Positions 1 to 13,556 of a stretch of 64,000 bases of DNA are shown here, in pieces (position 1 is the stretch's first letter; the number at the start of each line of letters is the position of its first letter). The notes under the pieces are model-generated. The model did not search any database, was not told where the DNA came from, and was given only the letters and a program-made list of their open reading frames with translations. Both the position numbers and the translations under genes were made by a program. Source of the DNA: Balanoglossus misakiensis (lineage: Eukaryota; Animalia; Hemichordata); the NCBI GenBank assembly GCA_040954595.2, contig CM082586.2:7471337-7535336 (forward strand), in the 5' to 3' direction.

Positions 1-3000
1 CAAAATTTTTCATTTTTTGAATAAAATCATGGGTTTTAGCTCATGAAAATCATCCGAAAATGAAAATTTTTCGACTTTGCGAATTTTCAAAATTCCTTCA
101 TTTTTTGACAAAAATCATGGGTTATAGCTCATGAAAATGATCCGAAAATGACAATTTTTCGACTTTGCGAATTTTCAAAATTTCTTCATTTTTTGAAAAA
201 AATCATGGGCTATAGCTGATGAAAATCATCCAAAAATGACAATTTTTCGACTTTGCGAATTTTCAAAATTTTTCATTTTTTGAATAAAATCATGGGTTTT
301 AGCTCATGAAAATCATCCGAAAATGACAATTTTTCGACTTTGCGAATTTTCAAAATTTCTTCATTTTTTGAAAAAAATCATGGGTTATAGCTCATGAAAA
401 TCATCCAAAAATGACAATTTCTCGACCTTGCGAATTTTCATAATTTCTTCATTTTTTGAATAAAATCATGGGTTATAGTTCATGAAAATCATCCAAAAAT
501 GACAATTTTTCGTCTCTGCGAATTTTCATAATTCCTTCATTTTTTGACAAAAATCAAGGGTTATAGCTCATGAAAATGATTCGAAAATGACAATTTTTCG
601 ACTCTGCGGATTTTCAAAATTTCTTCATTTTTTGAAAAAAATCATGGGTTATAGCTCACGAAAATCATCCAAAAATGACAATTTTTCGACTTTACGAATT
701 TTCATAATTCCTTCATTTTTTGACAAAAATCATGGGTTATAGCTCATGAAAATCATCCAAAAATGACAATTTCTCGACCTTGCGAATTTTCATAATTCCT
801 TCATTTTTTGACAAAAATCATGGGTTATAGCTCATGAAAATGATCCGAAAATGACAATTTTTCGACTTTGCGAATTTTCAAAATTTCTCCTTTTTTGAAT
901 AAAATCATGGGTTATACCTCATGAAAATGATCCGAAAATGACAATTTTTCAACATTGCGAATTTTCAAAATTTCTTCATTTTTTTAAAAAAAATCATGGG
1001 TTATAGCTCATGAAAATCATCCAAAAATGACAATTTTTCGACTTTGCGAATTTTCATAATTCCTTCATATTTGACAAAAATCATGGGTTATAGCTCATAA
1101 AAATCATCCAAAAATGACAATTTTTCGACTTTACGAATTTTCATAATTCCTTCATTTTTTGACAAAAATCATGGGTTATAGCTCATGAAAATCATCCAAA
1201 AATGACAATTTCTCGACCTTGCGAATTTTCATAATTTCTTCATTTTTTGAATAAAATCATGGGTTATAGCTCATGAAAATCATCCGAAAATGCCAATTTC
1301 TCGGCTTTGCGAATTTTCAAAATTTCTTCATTTTTTGACAAAAATCATGGGTTATAGCTCATGAAAATGATTCGAAAATGACAATTTCTCGACTTTGCGA
1401 ATTTTCAAAATTTTTCATTTTTTGAATAAAATCATGGGTTTTAGCTCATGAAAATCATCCGAAAATGACAATTTTTCGTCTTTGCGAATTTTCAAAATTT
1501 CTTCATTTTTTGAAAAAAATCATGGGTTATAGCTCATGAAAATCATCCAAAAATGACAATTTCTCGACCTTGCGAATTTTCATAATTTCTTCATTTTTTG
1601 AATAAAATCATGGGTTATAGTTCATGAAAATCATCCAAAAATGACAATTTTTCGTCTCTGCGAATTTTCATAATTCCTTCATTTTTTGACAAAAATCAAG
1701 GGTTATAGCTCATGAAAATGATTCGAAAATGACAATTTTTCGACTTTGCGAATTTTCAAAATTTCTTCATTTTTTGACAAAAATCATGGGTTATAGCTCA
1801 TGAAAATCATCCAAAAATGACAATTTCCCGACCTTGCGAATTTTCATAATTTCTTCATTTTTTGAATAAAATCATGGGTTATAGCTCATGAAAATCATCC
1901 GAAAATGCCAATTTCTCGGCTTTGCGAATTTTCAAAATTTCTTCATTTTTTGACAAAAATCATGGGTTATAGCTCATGAAAATGATCCGAAAATGACAAT
2001 TTCTCGACTTTGCGAATTTTCAAAATTTCTTCATTTTTTGAAAAAAATCATGGGCTATAGCTGATGAAAATCATCCAAAAATGACAATTTTTCGACTTTG
2101 CGAATTTTCAAAATTTTTCATTTTTTGAATAAAATCATGGGTTTTAGCTCATGAAAATCATCCGAAAATGACAATTTTTCGACTTGGCGAATTTTCAAAA
2201 TTTCTTCATTTTTTGAAAAAAATCATGGGTTATAGCTGATGAAAATCATCCAAAAATGACAATTTTTCGACTTTGCGAATTTTCAAAATTTTTCATTTTT
2301 TGAATAAAATCATGGGTTTTAGCTCATGAAAATCATCCGAAAATGACAATTTTTCGACTTTGCGAATTTTTTAAAATTTCTTCATTTTTTGAAAAAAAAT
2401 TATTGGTTATAGCTCATGAAAATCATCCAAAAATGACAATTTCTCGACTTTGCGAATTTTCATAATTCCTTCATTTTTTGACAAAAATCATGGGTTATAG
2501 CTCATGAAAATCATCCAAAAATGACAATTTTTCGTCTTTGCGAACTTTCAAAATTTCTTCATTTATTGACAAAAATCATGGGTTATAGCTCATGAAAATC
2601 ATCCAAAAATGACAATTTTTCGACTTTGCGAATTTTCATAATTTCTTCATTTTTTTAAAAAAATCATGGGGTATAGCTCATGAAAATCATCCGAAAATGC
2701 CAATTTTTCGACTTTGCGAATTTTCAAAATTTCTTCATTTTTTGAAAAAAATCATTGGTTATAGCCATGAAAATCGTCCAAAAATGACAATTTTTCGACT
2801 TTGTGAATTTTCAAATTTTCTTCATTTTTTGAAAAAAAAAATTATTGGTTATAGCCATGAAAATCATTCGAAAATGCCAATTTTTCGACTTTGCGAATTT
2901 TCATAATTCCTTCATATTTGACAAAAATCATGGGTTATAGCTCATAAAAATCATCCGAAAATGACATTTTTTCGACTTTACGAATTTTCAAAATTCCTTC

Positions 3001-3750
3001 ATTTTTTGAAAAAAATCATGGGTTATAGCTCATGAAAATGATCCTAAAATGACAATTTTTCGACTTTGCGAATTTTCATAATTTCTTCATTTTTTGAATA
3101 AAATCATGGGTTATAGCTCATGAAAATCATCCGAAAATGCCAATTTTTCGACTTTGCGAATTTTCAAAATTTCTTCATTTTTTGACAAAAATCATGGGTT
3201 ATAGCTCATGAAAATCATCTGAAAATGAAAATTTCTCGACTTTGCGAATTTTCAAAATTTCTTCATTTTTTGACAAAAATTTTTTTCAAAATTTCTTCAT
3301 TTTTTGAATAAAATCATGGGTTATAGCTCATGAAAATGATCCGAAAATGACAATTTCTCGACTTTGCGAATTTTCAAAATTTCTTGATTTTTTGAATAAA
3401 ATCATGGGTTATAGCTCATGAAAATCATCCAAAAATGACAATTTCTCGACTTCGCGAATTTTCAAAATTTCTTGATTTTTTGACAAAAATCATGGGTTAT
3501 AGCTAATGAAAATCATCCAAAAATGACAATTTCTCGACTTTGCGAATTTTCAAAATTTCTTGATTTTTTGACAAAAATCATGGGTTATAACTCATGAAAA
3601 TGGTCCGAAAATGACAATTTTTCGACTTTGCGAATTTTCAAAATTCCTTCATTTTTTGAAAAAAATCATGGGTTATACATGTAGCTCATGAAAATCATCC
3701 AAAAATGACACTTTTTCGACTTTGCAAAGTTTCAAAATTTCTTCATTAAA
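1..3750. repeat. AT-rich tandem satellite, ~88-bp unit, ~42 copies, runs off the left edge of the window
   Basis: Unit AAAATCATGGGTTATAGCTCATGAAAATCATCCRAAAATGACAATTTTTCGACTTTGCGAATTTTCAAAATTTCTTCATTTTTTGA recurs head-to-tail; CATGG at 28, 116, 204, 291 (spacing 87-88). Confidence 0.97.
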
Positions 3751-3764
3751 AAAAAAAATCAATC

Positions 3765-3905
3765 ATGTATGTATGTATGTATGTATGTATGTATGTATGT
3801 ATGTATGTATGTATGTATGTATGTATGTATGTATGTATGTATGTATGTATGTATGTATGTATGTATGTATGTATGTATGTATGTATGTATGTATGTATGT
3901 ATGTA

Positions 3906-3945
<40 letters not shown>

Positions 3946-3947
3946 TG
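3765..3947. repeat. Compound microsatellite (ATGT)n followed by (GT)n
   Basis: Directly visible; explains the MYVC/HTYI pseudo-ORFs in the ORF track. Confidence 0.98.
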
Positions 3948-4875
3948 CAGCGGATGAACCATGTTGATGTTGTGTCCAATGGATGCACTCTGCACTCACG
4001 GTACACCAAAGCGTTGGACATACACGTAAAGTGGGGGGGGGGGCTATCGTTGTGAATATTTAGTCAAGACAGCAAAGCAACTAGTTAGACGACCATTCTG
4101 TTGCTGAATCAATTTCCAATGCTTCCAGTAGTTACACCGATTCTCTTCGTAACATGACGTCCAGTGAAGTTAGTCAAACGCAGTGGCATGGCGATGCTTG
4201 CGTCAATCGCGATCATACGGAATCAGTATGCAAAACCACCCTCCTATACGAAAGTGCAATGTTTGCTTGGGCCAGATGAGTGAGTCCATGCATCAAGAAG
4301 CTAAATCCCAGTTGACTCGGGAAATAAAAAGGAAGAATGACAAACGATGGGAAAAGTCAGAAGCCAGAGATATGGATGTGTCTAAATCAATCATTTTTTC
4401 AATACTCTCTGACAGCTGCCCCAGTAAATAACCAAATCTGTGTCCCAGTAGGTTCCATCACGGGTGAGCACATCACCATATTGGTATTAACGAGAAAATC
4501 TCTTGACGCGTCACCATCTACGGTCCTCCCGACAAAATCAAAGGTGGCTTGAGAAATGTTAATTACTCGCCGTTGGATGTATAGGGGTGACACCCCTTTT
4601 CAATTTCTTTTTCGGCTCATAAATCATGGGTCCACTGGCAAGTTGATAATTTAAGCTCCCAATCAAGGGTTTACGAATTAATTCAAGTATAGCGCTATAA
4701 CAAGTGCGGAACAGCTGGTCTGTCACGTTAGCGTGCATTATCAACACACTTTGAATTGACTTCGTAGGTATTTTGATCATATTGTGATTGTCCTATGCTG
4801 TAAAGATGGGGAGTTTGTCTTGTAAACTTTTAGCTAATTTTTATATTTAATGCATTTTTGTGATATGGCAGTATC

Positions 4876-5230
4876 TTAAAGGGACAAAGTCTCTCTCTCG
4901 CTGCCCTTTTTTCCATTGATTATATTTGATAAGAGACAACGTTTGTTATTCTACATGTGGATATATAGTGAATGAACGTTCAACCACACACAACTTCCAT
5001 CCCTCTTATAGACAGGAGAGTGAAAAAACTCGCCAAAATGAATAATCGTTCTTTACCATTTATTCATTTGGGGCGAGTTTTTACTCTCATATCCTACAAA
5101 CGAGATGGAAGTTGTGTGTGGTCGAATGTTGATTCACCATATATCCACATGTAGAATAACATAAACGGCGTCTTGTATCAAACATAATTAATGGAAAAAG
5201 GGCAGCGAGAGAGAGACTTTGTCCCTTTAA
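4876..5230. mobile_element. Palindromic MITE family A, copy 1 (347 bp between TTAA sites; Kolobok-like ends)
   Basis: TTAA|AGGGACAAAGTCTCTCTCTCGCTGCCC...GGGCAGCGAGAGAGAGACTTTGTCCCT|TTAA; arms are reverse-complementary almost to the centre. Superfamily inferred only from TTAA plus the AGG..CCT termini. Confidence 0.85.
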
Positions 5231-7122
5231 GAATTACTGGTTGGGCAATGTTTGTCCTGGTACCTGCACGTCACACAGTTTGGCGCCAGATTTTCTGAGC
5301 TGCCGATAATTCTGCCTTGTTGCTTTTTGATTAAAGTGAATTTCTGATTGTTTGCGATGATCTATAGCTTGAGGTCTGTGACAAGATTCCAGACAACCTT
5401 GACAAAATCGATTATGGTAAAACTCATATTTGTCGGACTCTTACGAGTATGAGTGGTTTTGATGGCCTGGGGGGAAATATATTGTCTAATAAAGTACGCA
5501 TGCACTCAAGTCGATGACGTTTACGTCTCCGGAAAAACAACAACAAGATGAATCAGCTATGATATCGGTGGTGAATCTTTGTGTGTGTAACAAGGAAGCC
5601 TGGGGGTTGGAGAGATTGCCCTTTAAATCCGGATGCTTGTACACAGACAGATAAAATGGCGGCAAACGAACGGAGAAACGTGGTAGCATGTGGACAGATA
5701 GAGAAGAAACAGAAATTATATAATAATGGCTCAAATTGAAGACAGATACAAGTCTATGACGGTTTAAGTGTCTCTCAGCATCTAACTTGTTTTAAAAATC
5801 GACACATAGGCCTACACGATAATGAAGAGATATTTTGGCCCCATCGGCGGGGGTCTCTTCCCTTCACCAGGTGAATCTAAACCTGCGAAATTTGTAAATC
5901 ATGCATGGACGAGAAAAACAATTCACACCCAGCGACAGATAATCAATATCGAAAGTGTTGTTGCAGCTACATGTCACATGCGCGTGTCGGACCCCTTTCA
6001 GAAGCGACGGCAAGTCGTCAATGTCGTTCTGGCGACGATTGTCAGATTAGACGAAAACACATCCATGTAAAAAATGGACACAATTGGAATCGTTGGCGAG
6101 GTTGAATACCGACACGGCAAGGTGTAATCTGAAGCGATCTTCATTCGTGTGCACTCTCTGCGAGCTTGAATGGACAAAATCAGTCCAAATGTTTGATATT
6201 GTCGAGTAATTTTGTCACTTCAGGTCAACGCTGGTGACAAATTGTTGACTCCTGTATTAAGATCGTCGTCTGCATTTAAAATAACGCATGATTGCGTGGC
6301 GCACAGCTCTGACGTGTATTTTGTCTGTGGTAAACTTTTGCCTCGAATATTAAACGTTTGCGCGCCATGGTTTGCCGGCGGATAATCACAATTGATGGTT
6401 TGTTTTGCCACTCCGTAGGGGTGAAGCAGGTCAACCCTGATTACCATTCATCGTTCAATCGAAATTCAACACTTCCAGATCTGATAAATCAACTCGGAAA
6501 TCTGTTTTTTCACCTGCTACACACCTCTGCTAAATAAACACTCTATCATTGTTTGCGATGTGCAGCCATAGATAAGCTGGCAGAGGTGGACGTGTCATCG
6601 AACTATCATCTTGGGGTCGCCGGAAAAACCTACAGGAGAACGATATAAAGGACTACGTGCGGAACTGAGGATCTAGTTTATGACGTGTGTCACTGTCAGC
6701 GAATATATTTAAATCGTCAGATGTTATATCATGATGTTTTGTCGTTGTGTGAGTTAGTTTACCCAAGCTGACAGAGCATGCGCAGGGCCACTCTGTGTAA
6801 TTTCTAATCAAAGAGAACGAGATAGCAAAAATTATCGGAAGATGGTAATTTTCCATTACGTTGTGTCTCCTTCCTAGTGTTTACTGAAATACTGGAAATA
6901 AAAGTGCGTGACTCATTCAACAATGAATTGTACTTTTATCTTCAAAATCATGGATGTATAGTGAGCGTTCTAACACGATCAACTCTGCTACGATTCATGG
7001 CGTATATAAGCGAACATGGCGAAGAAATTGGCACCGGTGCAGCTAGCCGGCGAGTCGTTTTCTCTCGACTCTTTCAAAATTGAAAAAACGTGCTCGGCGC
7101 ACACTTGAGTTTTAATATTCAG

Positions 7123-7477
7123 TTGAAGGGACAAAGTCTCTCTCTCGATGCCCGTTTTCCATTTATTATGTTTGATGCAAGACACCGTTTATGTTATTCT
7201 ACATGTGGATATATAGTGAATCAACGTTCGACCACACACAACTTCCATCCCACTTGTAGACACGAGAGTGAAAAACTCACCAAAATGAATAATCAGTCTC
7301 TGCCGTTTATTCAGTTTGGCGAGATTTTTTACTCTCATATCCTACAAACGGGATGGAAGTTGTGTGTGGTCGAACGTTGATTCACTATATATCCACATTT
7401 AGAATAACATAATGGTGTCTTGTATCATATATAATTAATGGGAAAATGGCAGCGAGAGAGAGACTTTATTCCTTTAA
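7123..7477. mobile_element. Palindromic MITE family A, copy 2
   Basis: TTGA|AGGGACAAAGTCTC...GAGACTTTATTCCT|TTAA; same length (7127-7473) and same internal blocks (TTATTCTACATGTGGATATATAGTGAAT, ACCACACACAACTTCCATCCC) as copy 1. Confidence 0.85.
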
Positions 7478-7845
7478 CCACTTGTCCTGATTGGCGGCAA
7501 TTTTGAGTGATAGGCGGGATATTACGGAGATTTCCGCCTTGTTTCCAAGCGCCACCAGAGGCGGGTGATATTATTCCATCATGCCACAAGTCCTGGAGGG
7601 CGAAGCCGAATCAATGAATTGGCAGGTGTTTTTTTTTTCTTAAAACCATCATGGCGTCGACGCCGAATTTCTTCTCAACGACCAACTGCCGCTTTGCGCG
7701 CGCGATGTCTGTCGGCTGAAAACTTCCCACGCTGATCACGTGACCCCGTTACGCATGACATGTATATGTAGACTCATGAAACAGAGTATTTTCGTAGCTT
7801 GAGGGAAGATACATATCTCAGTTCCACAGTCCTTTCTTCTCCTTT

Positions 7846-8159
7846 GGTATAGAGAACGCCTCGAAAATCAAAGTCTTAATTTAAACTTTCTCACACATTT
7901 TGCTCAAGGCAACTTTCGATTAGTCTCATGGGGAATTTCCGATTGTCTAAAATTCGAAATTCAAAATGGCCGCCAATCTTTCTGTTAAGTCTATGGAGAA
8001 AATTTAAAGTAGCGATTTTCTTGAGAACAAGACGGTGAACAACCAGATATCTTCTTTGTTTTCAAAAAACTCCCCATTGTGCTTTAATGTATAATAAAGC
8101 GAATAATAGGACTCATTTTGATGAAAGTCTGTACCTGAGGCACATACCATATACCTTAA
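7846..8159. mobile_element. Possible degraded TTAA-type non-autonomous element
   Basis: Ends ...GAGGCACATACCATATACCTTAA, loosely mirrored by GGTATAGAGAACGCCTCG at the left; internal CAAAATGGCCGCC. Single copy in window, weak TIR. Confidence 0.3.
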
Positions 8160-11100
8160 AGCAACTGTAGTTTAATCAAATATAGAGATGCAATTTGTAT
8201 GTTCAGTTGTAGAATCTTGTTCTCAAGGAAATGATGTTTTTTACGAAATGCCTGTAATGTTGAATACTTAAATCACATTTCAGTTCAAAAACGCCGGCGA
8301 CAGAGAAAACATTTGTTCCAATTAACACGAATCACGACATGTTGACCTAGTAACATTTTCACGGATTCCCTTTGACTTTTCCATGACTGTATAACGCCAA
8401 GAAGTGAAGTAGTTGACGATTTGAATCTAGAGCAGACCTCCGGCGATTCCGCGTCACGAATCCTTATTGCAGCAAATCGCCTTTGCGGATGGCGGGTAAG
8501 GATTCCGATTGACTTTTATCGGTGGAATTGATTTTCGGATTCATTGTCACGAGTTACTCTCTCTCTCTGTTTGTTTGCAGTGTGGTGAGCCGCTTCATTC
8601 CATCACGACACGAAAGAAAACGCGGAAGATAAAAGTGAGGAATGAGAGTTCTCTTTCACCAGAAAACCTATAATCACGCGCGAACATGCGGAGGAAGTAC
8701 CGACGACAGACAGACGTGAAGGTAACTAGAGCGCGCGTACACTCTATTTGAACTATTTGAACAGGAAGATATTTGTTTAAAGTTTAGATAAATGAATGCA
8801 CATCATTCAAAGGAAACAGTATTTCCTGATATCGTAAACTAAACAAGGATAGGGTTGTATTTGAAAAAAATGGCAAGAAACGAGCTCACCATAATAGTAA
8901 GTCGAACGTCACTTTTCGGAACAACGCTTTAACAACATCCCCACCATCAGAACCAACACCGCCGCCATCTTTTGTACCCACATGTTATGTAAGCTGAACA
9001 TTATCGCTCTGTATGACCTTTGCGCGCGACCTTTGCCGAGAGGTTCTTTTTCGCGATTGGTGCGGCGTATTCTGCGACAGTGCTTGCACGAGTAGAGCGA
9101 GTGAAAGTAAAACTAATCAGGCCATTGCTCTCGTGAGACAAAACTAATTAAATTCCTGCCAAAATATTAGTTTTCCCTAAATCCCAACCTTTCCGTTAGA
9201 AGGGATGAAATTTCGCTTGTCAAACATGGGCTTTTTATCATATGTCCTTGACGTGATAGATCATTGCGTGTAAATTCTTGAAACATGAGAACCATGTTTT
9301 CGGGTGATTATAAAATATACATGGCCACCTCGTTAATCCGTTCTGAAAGCGATTGGACACCATATCTCAAACTGCTATAATAGGTAATTTGATATTCCCC
9401 CTTTGTATCATCAAATAAAAAATATTTGCCAGCGACTTGATCAATCATTACGTCATTTCTCGCTTCGTATGCTTTCCGTTAAGCCCCTTACACGTCAACG
9501 ACCTAGTGGATTCAATCTTTTTGTTATTATTTTAAATATTGCATGAAGTCGGAAACAGACGGGCCAAAAGATACTCGCATACACGTTAAGAGGCTTACAG
9601 CGTAGAAGGTTTGACTTACCGTACACGGGAGGGTGATTCATTTCTTACTTTGTTTCCATACATGTACTAGTTCCTTCGAGAACATATTGGTAAATATCTA
9701 TACAGTTTAATTACATTGTGCCTACGGTGGTTCAGTGGTCGCAATACGGCGCAACGTGTAACGGTTGACTAATTTGAAAATGGCTTCATATTTTAGTGTA
9801 ATGGCAAAATGCTGTTTGCTGCAGCCTTTGCATAGATGTAACAACGCGTTTCACCAGGTGCGACATGTGAGCATGCGCGTTCAACCGGAACCACTTGTCC
9901 TCCATGAAGTTCACATAGCAATAACACTTCTCTGTGGTACAATTTATTCATCTCTCCGCCATCTGCCAATCTGCTCATTCATCCACTCATCCGTTCTAAA
10001 ACAGCTTTCGCAAGAAGGTTATTTATCTTATTGTGTATTATGAGTAATCGATAAAGATTACCCAGCGTCGATTTTTTATCATCAGAACAAACTCGCGCTC
10101 ATCTGGGGACATCTCCTGGCGCCTAGCAAGATGGCGTAAATAAGTCACACTTCAGTAAAAGTCTTTGCAAGATTAAAGGATACCGATGACTCCCCCCCCC
10201 CCCCGTCATCAAACCATCGCGTTCTCCCAAGCAAAATATTTTGAAAAGAAAATTCGTTCGATAACGATGATGAGGTGTTAAGCGAAAGATGAGGCGTGCA
10301 ACGTAAATCAATTCCTACAAATGCTGCATTGTATCAATACTAATAACAGGTTTGGTCATTGAAAACAATTGGAAATATGCTGCAAACTTAATCTGGAAAA
10401 ATTCACTGCCTGAGCTTTATCATGGAGGGTTCGAGAATGTTATTTACCGCGTCAGCCACAATTCAGGTGGTCGATATCACCACGTAATTGACTTTTATTG
10501 TTCCATAGATACGGCTACAGATAGCCGTTCCAGATGTGCAAAGCGCGTTTTAGGAACTTTACAGTGGATAGCAGTGATAAGATGGACAATCTCTGACGGT
10601 CGACCTATATTGTCATGTTATCTGTGTTCAACAAATGTCGGCATATGCAGATTTGCATACGGGTGTCTAATGACCCCTTTTCAGCAATTAGTGGCGTGAA
10701 TAATTTCGCTTGTCCATTTAATCGATTACGTTTGTCTATACACGCGACATACTCAATATATAAGCTCATGTGTATGTATATATGTTACTAGTGAAAATCT
10801 CCTATTCCATTTCTTTTCTATAAATTTATCAATTGTGCCACTGTTCGATCGATAATACAACACACCTGGAATATTACAACAAACGAAGCTTTATAAAAAA
10901 AAATATCTCTGTATACGCGTCGACAATTCCAATTATATTTCAAATTACCCATCATTGCAGATTTACGTCAATGTATTGATTAAAAAATAAACGAGAGTTC
11001 TCCGTTGATCAGGAACGTACGTAATTGTTATTTGTCGTGCAAGACCGTAATAGATGAATCTGATAAAATAGTTTCCAGACCAGCAATTTCATATATCTCA

Positions 11101-11831
11101 ATATCTCGATATGAATAATATAACACGATAGTAATTTTTTGAGACATTTGATGCGTGAGTTATTAAATTATATAAGCGTTTGCAATATGAGGTTTTAAAT
11201 TATTCTATCAGTGAAAGTTGCGCATTTCTTTGAAAATCAGAGCCGCTATGATGAAACATTGGAAACTAAATTGTATTTTATAATGTAGATGTGACACATT
11301 ATCTTGCTTTGGAAAGAAAAGTTCCATATTTCTGCAGCGGTATAATCATGATGACATTCTAGGCATACGACTGATATGAAATCGTGATCACTGCGGTGTT
11401 ATACACGGGCGACTTTTTTCTTGATGTGACTTTTGCCTTCCGTGAAGATTATCGATTTAGGGTTTCTCCGCACACATGCAGTTACTTAGGTTTATTGTTC
11501 CATTACTCCCTATAAAAGTACACGAGTGTGTTCTGATCGTGAAACTAGCATTGTCACGAGTCGCGCAAATATGCTAAAGCTTGAATCATTCATACGTTGC
11601 CTTTTCTCTGTTTTAACTCCGCCTGGTTAATAAACCATGGCTTGAAAACTCGGCGGTGCTTTGACACCTACATATGGGTCCTCCATAGTGAAATCTTATC
11701 GTGCCGTAAGTTGAGGGGGCCTCAGATCCAGCAGAAGACAGACCACTGGACAGTTATCGTAAAAAGGTTCTGTTTGGTTCCACGCCGTCATGATGGTGTC
11801 ATTTCAGTTGTTCCATAGGTACTCATTACGG

Positions 11832-11918
11832 TAGCCTGGTCTCCATACCCAGTGTGTTCTAGATAGAGTGTTTAGACAGGAGTCTATCAAAAACACACTA
11901 GGTATGGAGACCAGGCTA
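11832..11918. mobile_element. Short hairpin MITE with TAG...CTA termini and target-site duplication
   Basis: TAGCCTGGTCTCCATACC...GGTATGGAGACCAGGCTA flanked by direct repeat CATTACGG (11824-11831 and 11920-11927). Confidence 0.8.
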
Positions 11919-13463
11919 CCATTACGGATCATCTCGTTCATTTCTGTATCAATGACACCCCCCCCCCCTCTCCCAGCTTCTTGAATATCAGTCGCACTTA
12001 TGCATATTGATTACAGAGGTGACTGAAAACTTGGTACATTGATTTCACAATGTTGACAACAGTTGCAGTTTTCATCAAGTTGTCATCAAGTTTGTTTGGT
12101 CATTGCAATGAATTGTAATGTCTGTGGGCAAAATGACCTTCGCCCTTCATCGTCATCGTTGGGATTTCCACTTCTGCTCATCAAGTAGCGATGATATAAT
12201 TTCCAATTCAAAACTGGCTTTTAAAAAGCACGCGGATATCATTAGCATGCCAGGTTTCATAACCTTTAATTTTATTCCTCCTCACTAAGATTGTCATGAT
12301 CATCAAATTACACGTGCTGCCCGTTTCGCGTCGACAGAATCCTCAACGTTTTGGGGCCCACACACATTAATTCCCAAGTCAAACAACACTGCTTTGCATT
12401 CGCGTGTAGGTTACCGATGCCACTTCGGTCTACTTCGCATTTGTTCTAATGAAAAGTACACTTCCCCGGCGGTTGTAATTTCGCGGACTATTTTCCGCTC
12501 ATAAAAGCAATTTTATCGTCTTGAAAAAAGTAGCCGTTACGGCATTCGTGTTAAGACTGCAAAAGCGGTCGCCTCGTGATGTATTTAACACTCGCATGTA
12601 AACCATCGAGATTCTGTTAAAAGTCATTTTATGTAATAATGTGAAGTGCACTCCCTTGGTGCCAGGATTAGGTTATATAGCGTAAGTGCGGAAAATTGTC
12701 TAAATACCACAAGACGATTTTCGATTTAAATGCCATTTTTAATAAACACATAAAAGACTGGATTTTATAAAAGCAGGCGCAGACAGGGTCAGCGGTGCTT
12801 CTCTCAGCAGTAATTCACTCAGACTTGTGCCGGAACTTCCCCCATTAACACAACAGTTGCATTTAACGCAATAGAGCACGTCAATACTCATTTTGTTTCC
12901 AAATATATATGAGATAATAAAATCAGCGGGATTGTGCGACGAATCACTATTTACAGCGCGTTGGAGAAGCGGTTTGAAACATTAATGTCAGTAGAATCAC
13001 AGCAGCAGTATTTTATCTAAGGATGATTTCTCTTATATTTTGCCGAATCACTCTTTTACGGCTCTCTCTCTTTTAACACAAATCAGTAGGGGATCACCAT
13101 ACAAAGTAGGAACCATAATCCTCTCAAATTTTAACGAGGTTTGGGTTCAAAATGTTTGCCAAACTCGATGTTATCTCTTTCGAAAAAGACTGGCTTCCTT
13201 TTCTCACGTATCCAAATTAATTTAGAAATGATTGGCGTCAAGTGGAAAGAAAGAAACGAGATCGCGATCAGTGATGCAAAGACAATTAGAAGAGACATCT
13301 TCTAATGAGCCTCGGTGAGTCATTATGGATATTATCTCCGCTGGTTACAGTGATATGGAAAATTACGAAAAAAGAAACAACCGATCTTTAAATACGTAAG
13401 GTTGGTGATACTGCAGGCGCTGTCGCCCTCCTTGGTTGGCGCCGTTGCATTATTCACTTGGTC

Positions 13464-13556
13464 TTAACCCTTTCACCACCTGTTTCCTGTACAGAAGTCC
13501 GACTTTAACATAGAAAACAATGGATTTGGGCCGAACCATTGTGGCCAAAGGGTTAA
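13464..13556. mobile_element. piggyBac-like MITE family B, copy 1
   Basis: TTAA|CCCTTT...AAAGGG|TTAA; shares internal GAAAACAATGGRTTTGGRCYGAACCAT with the copy at 56823. Confidence 0.75.

Noticed and set aside
2697-4055. ORFs in the satellite and the MYVC/HTYI ORFs
   Set aside because: Translations of tandem repeats and microsatellites.
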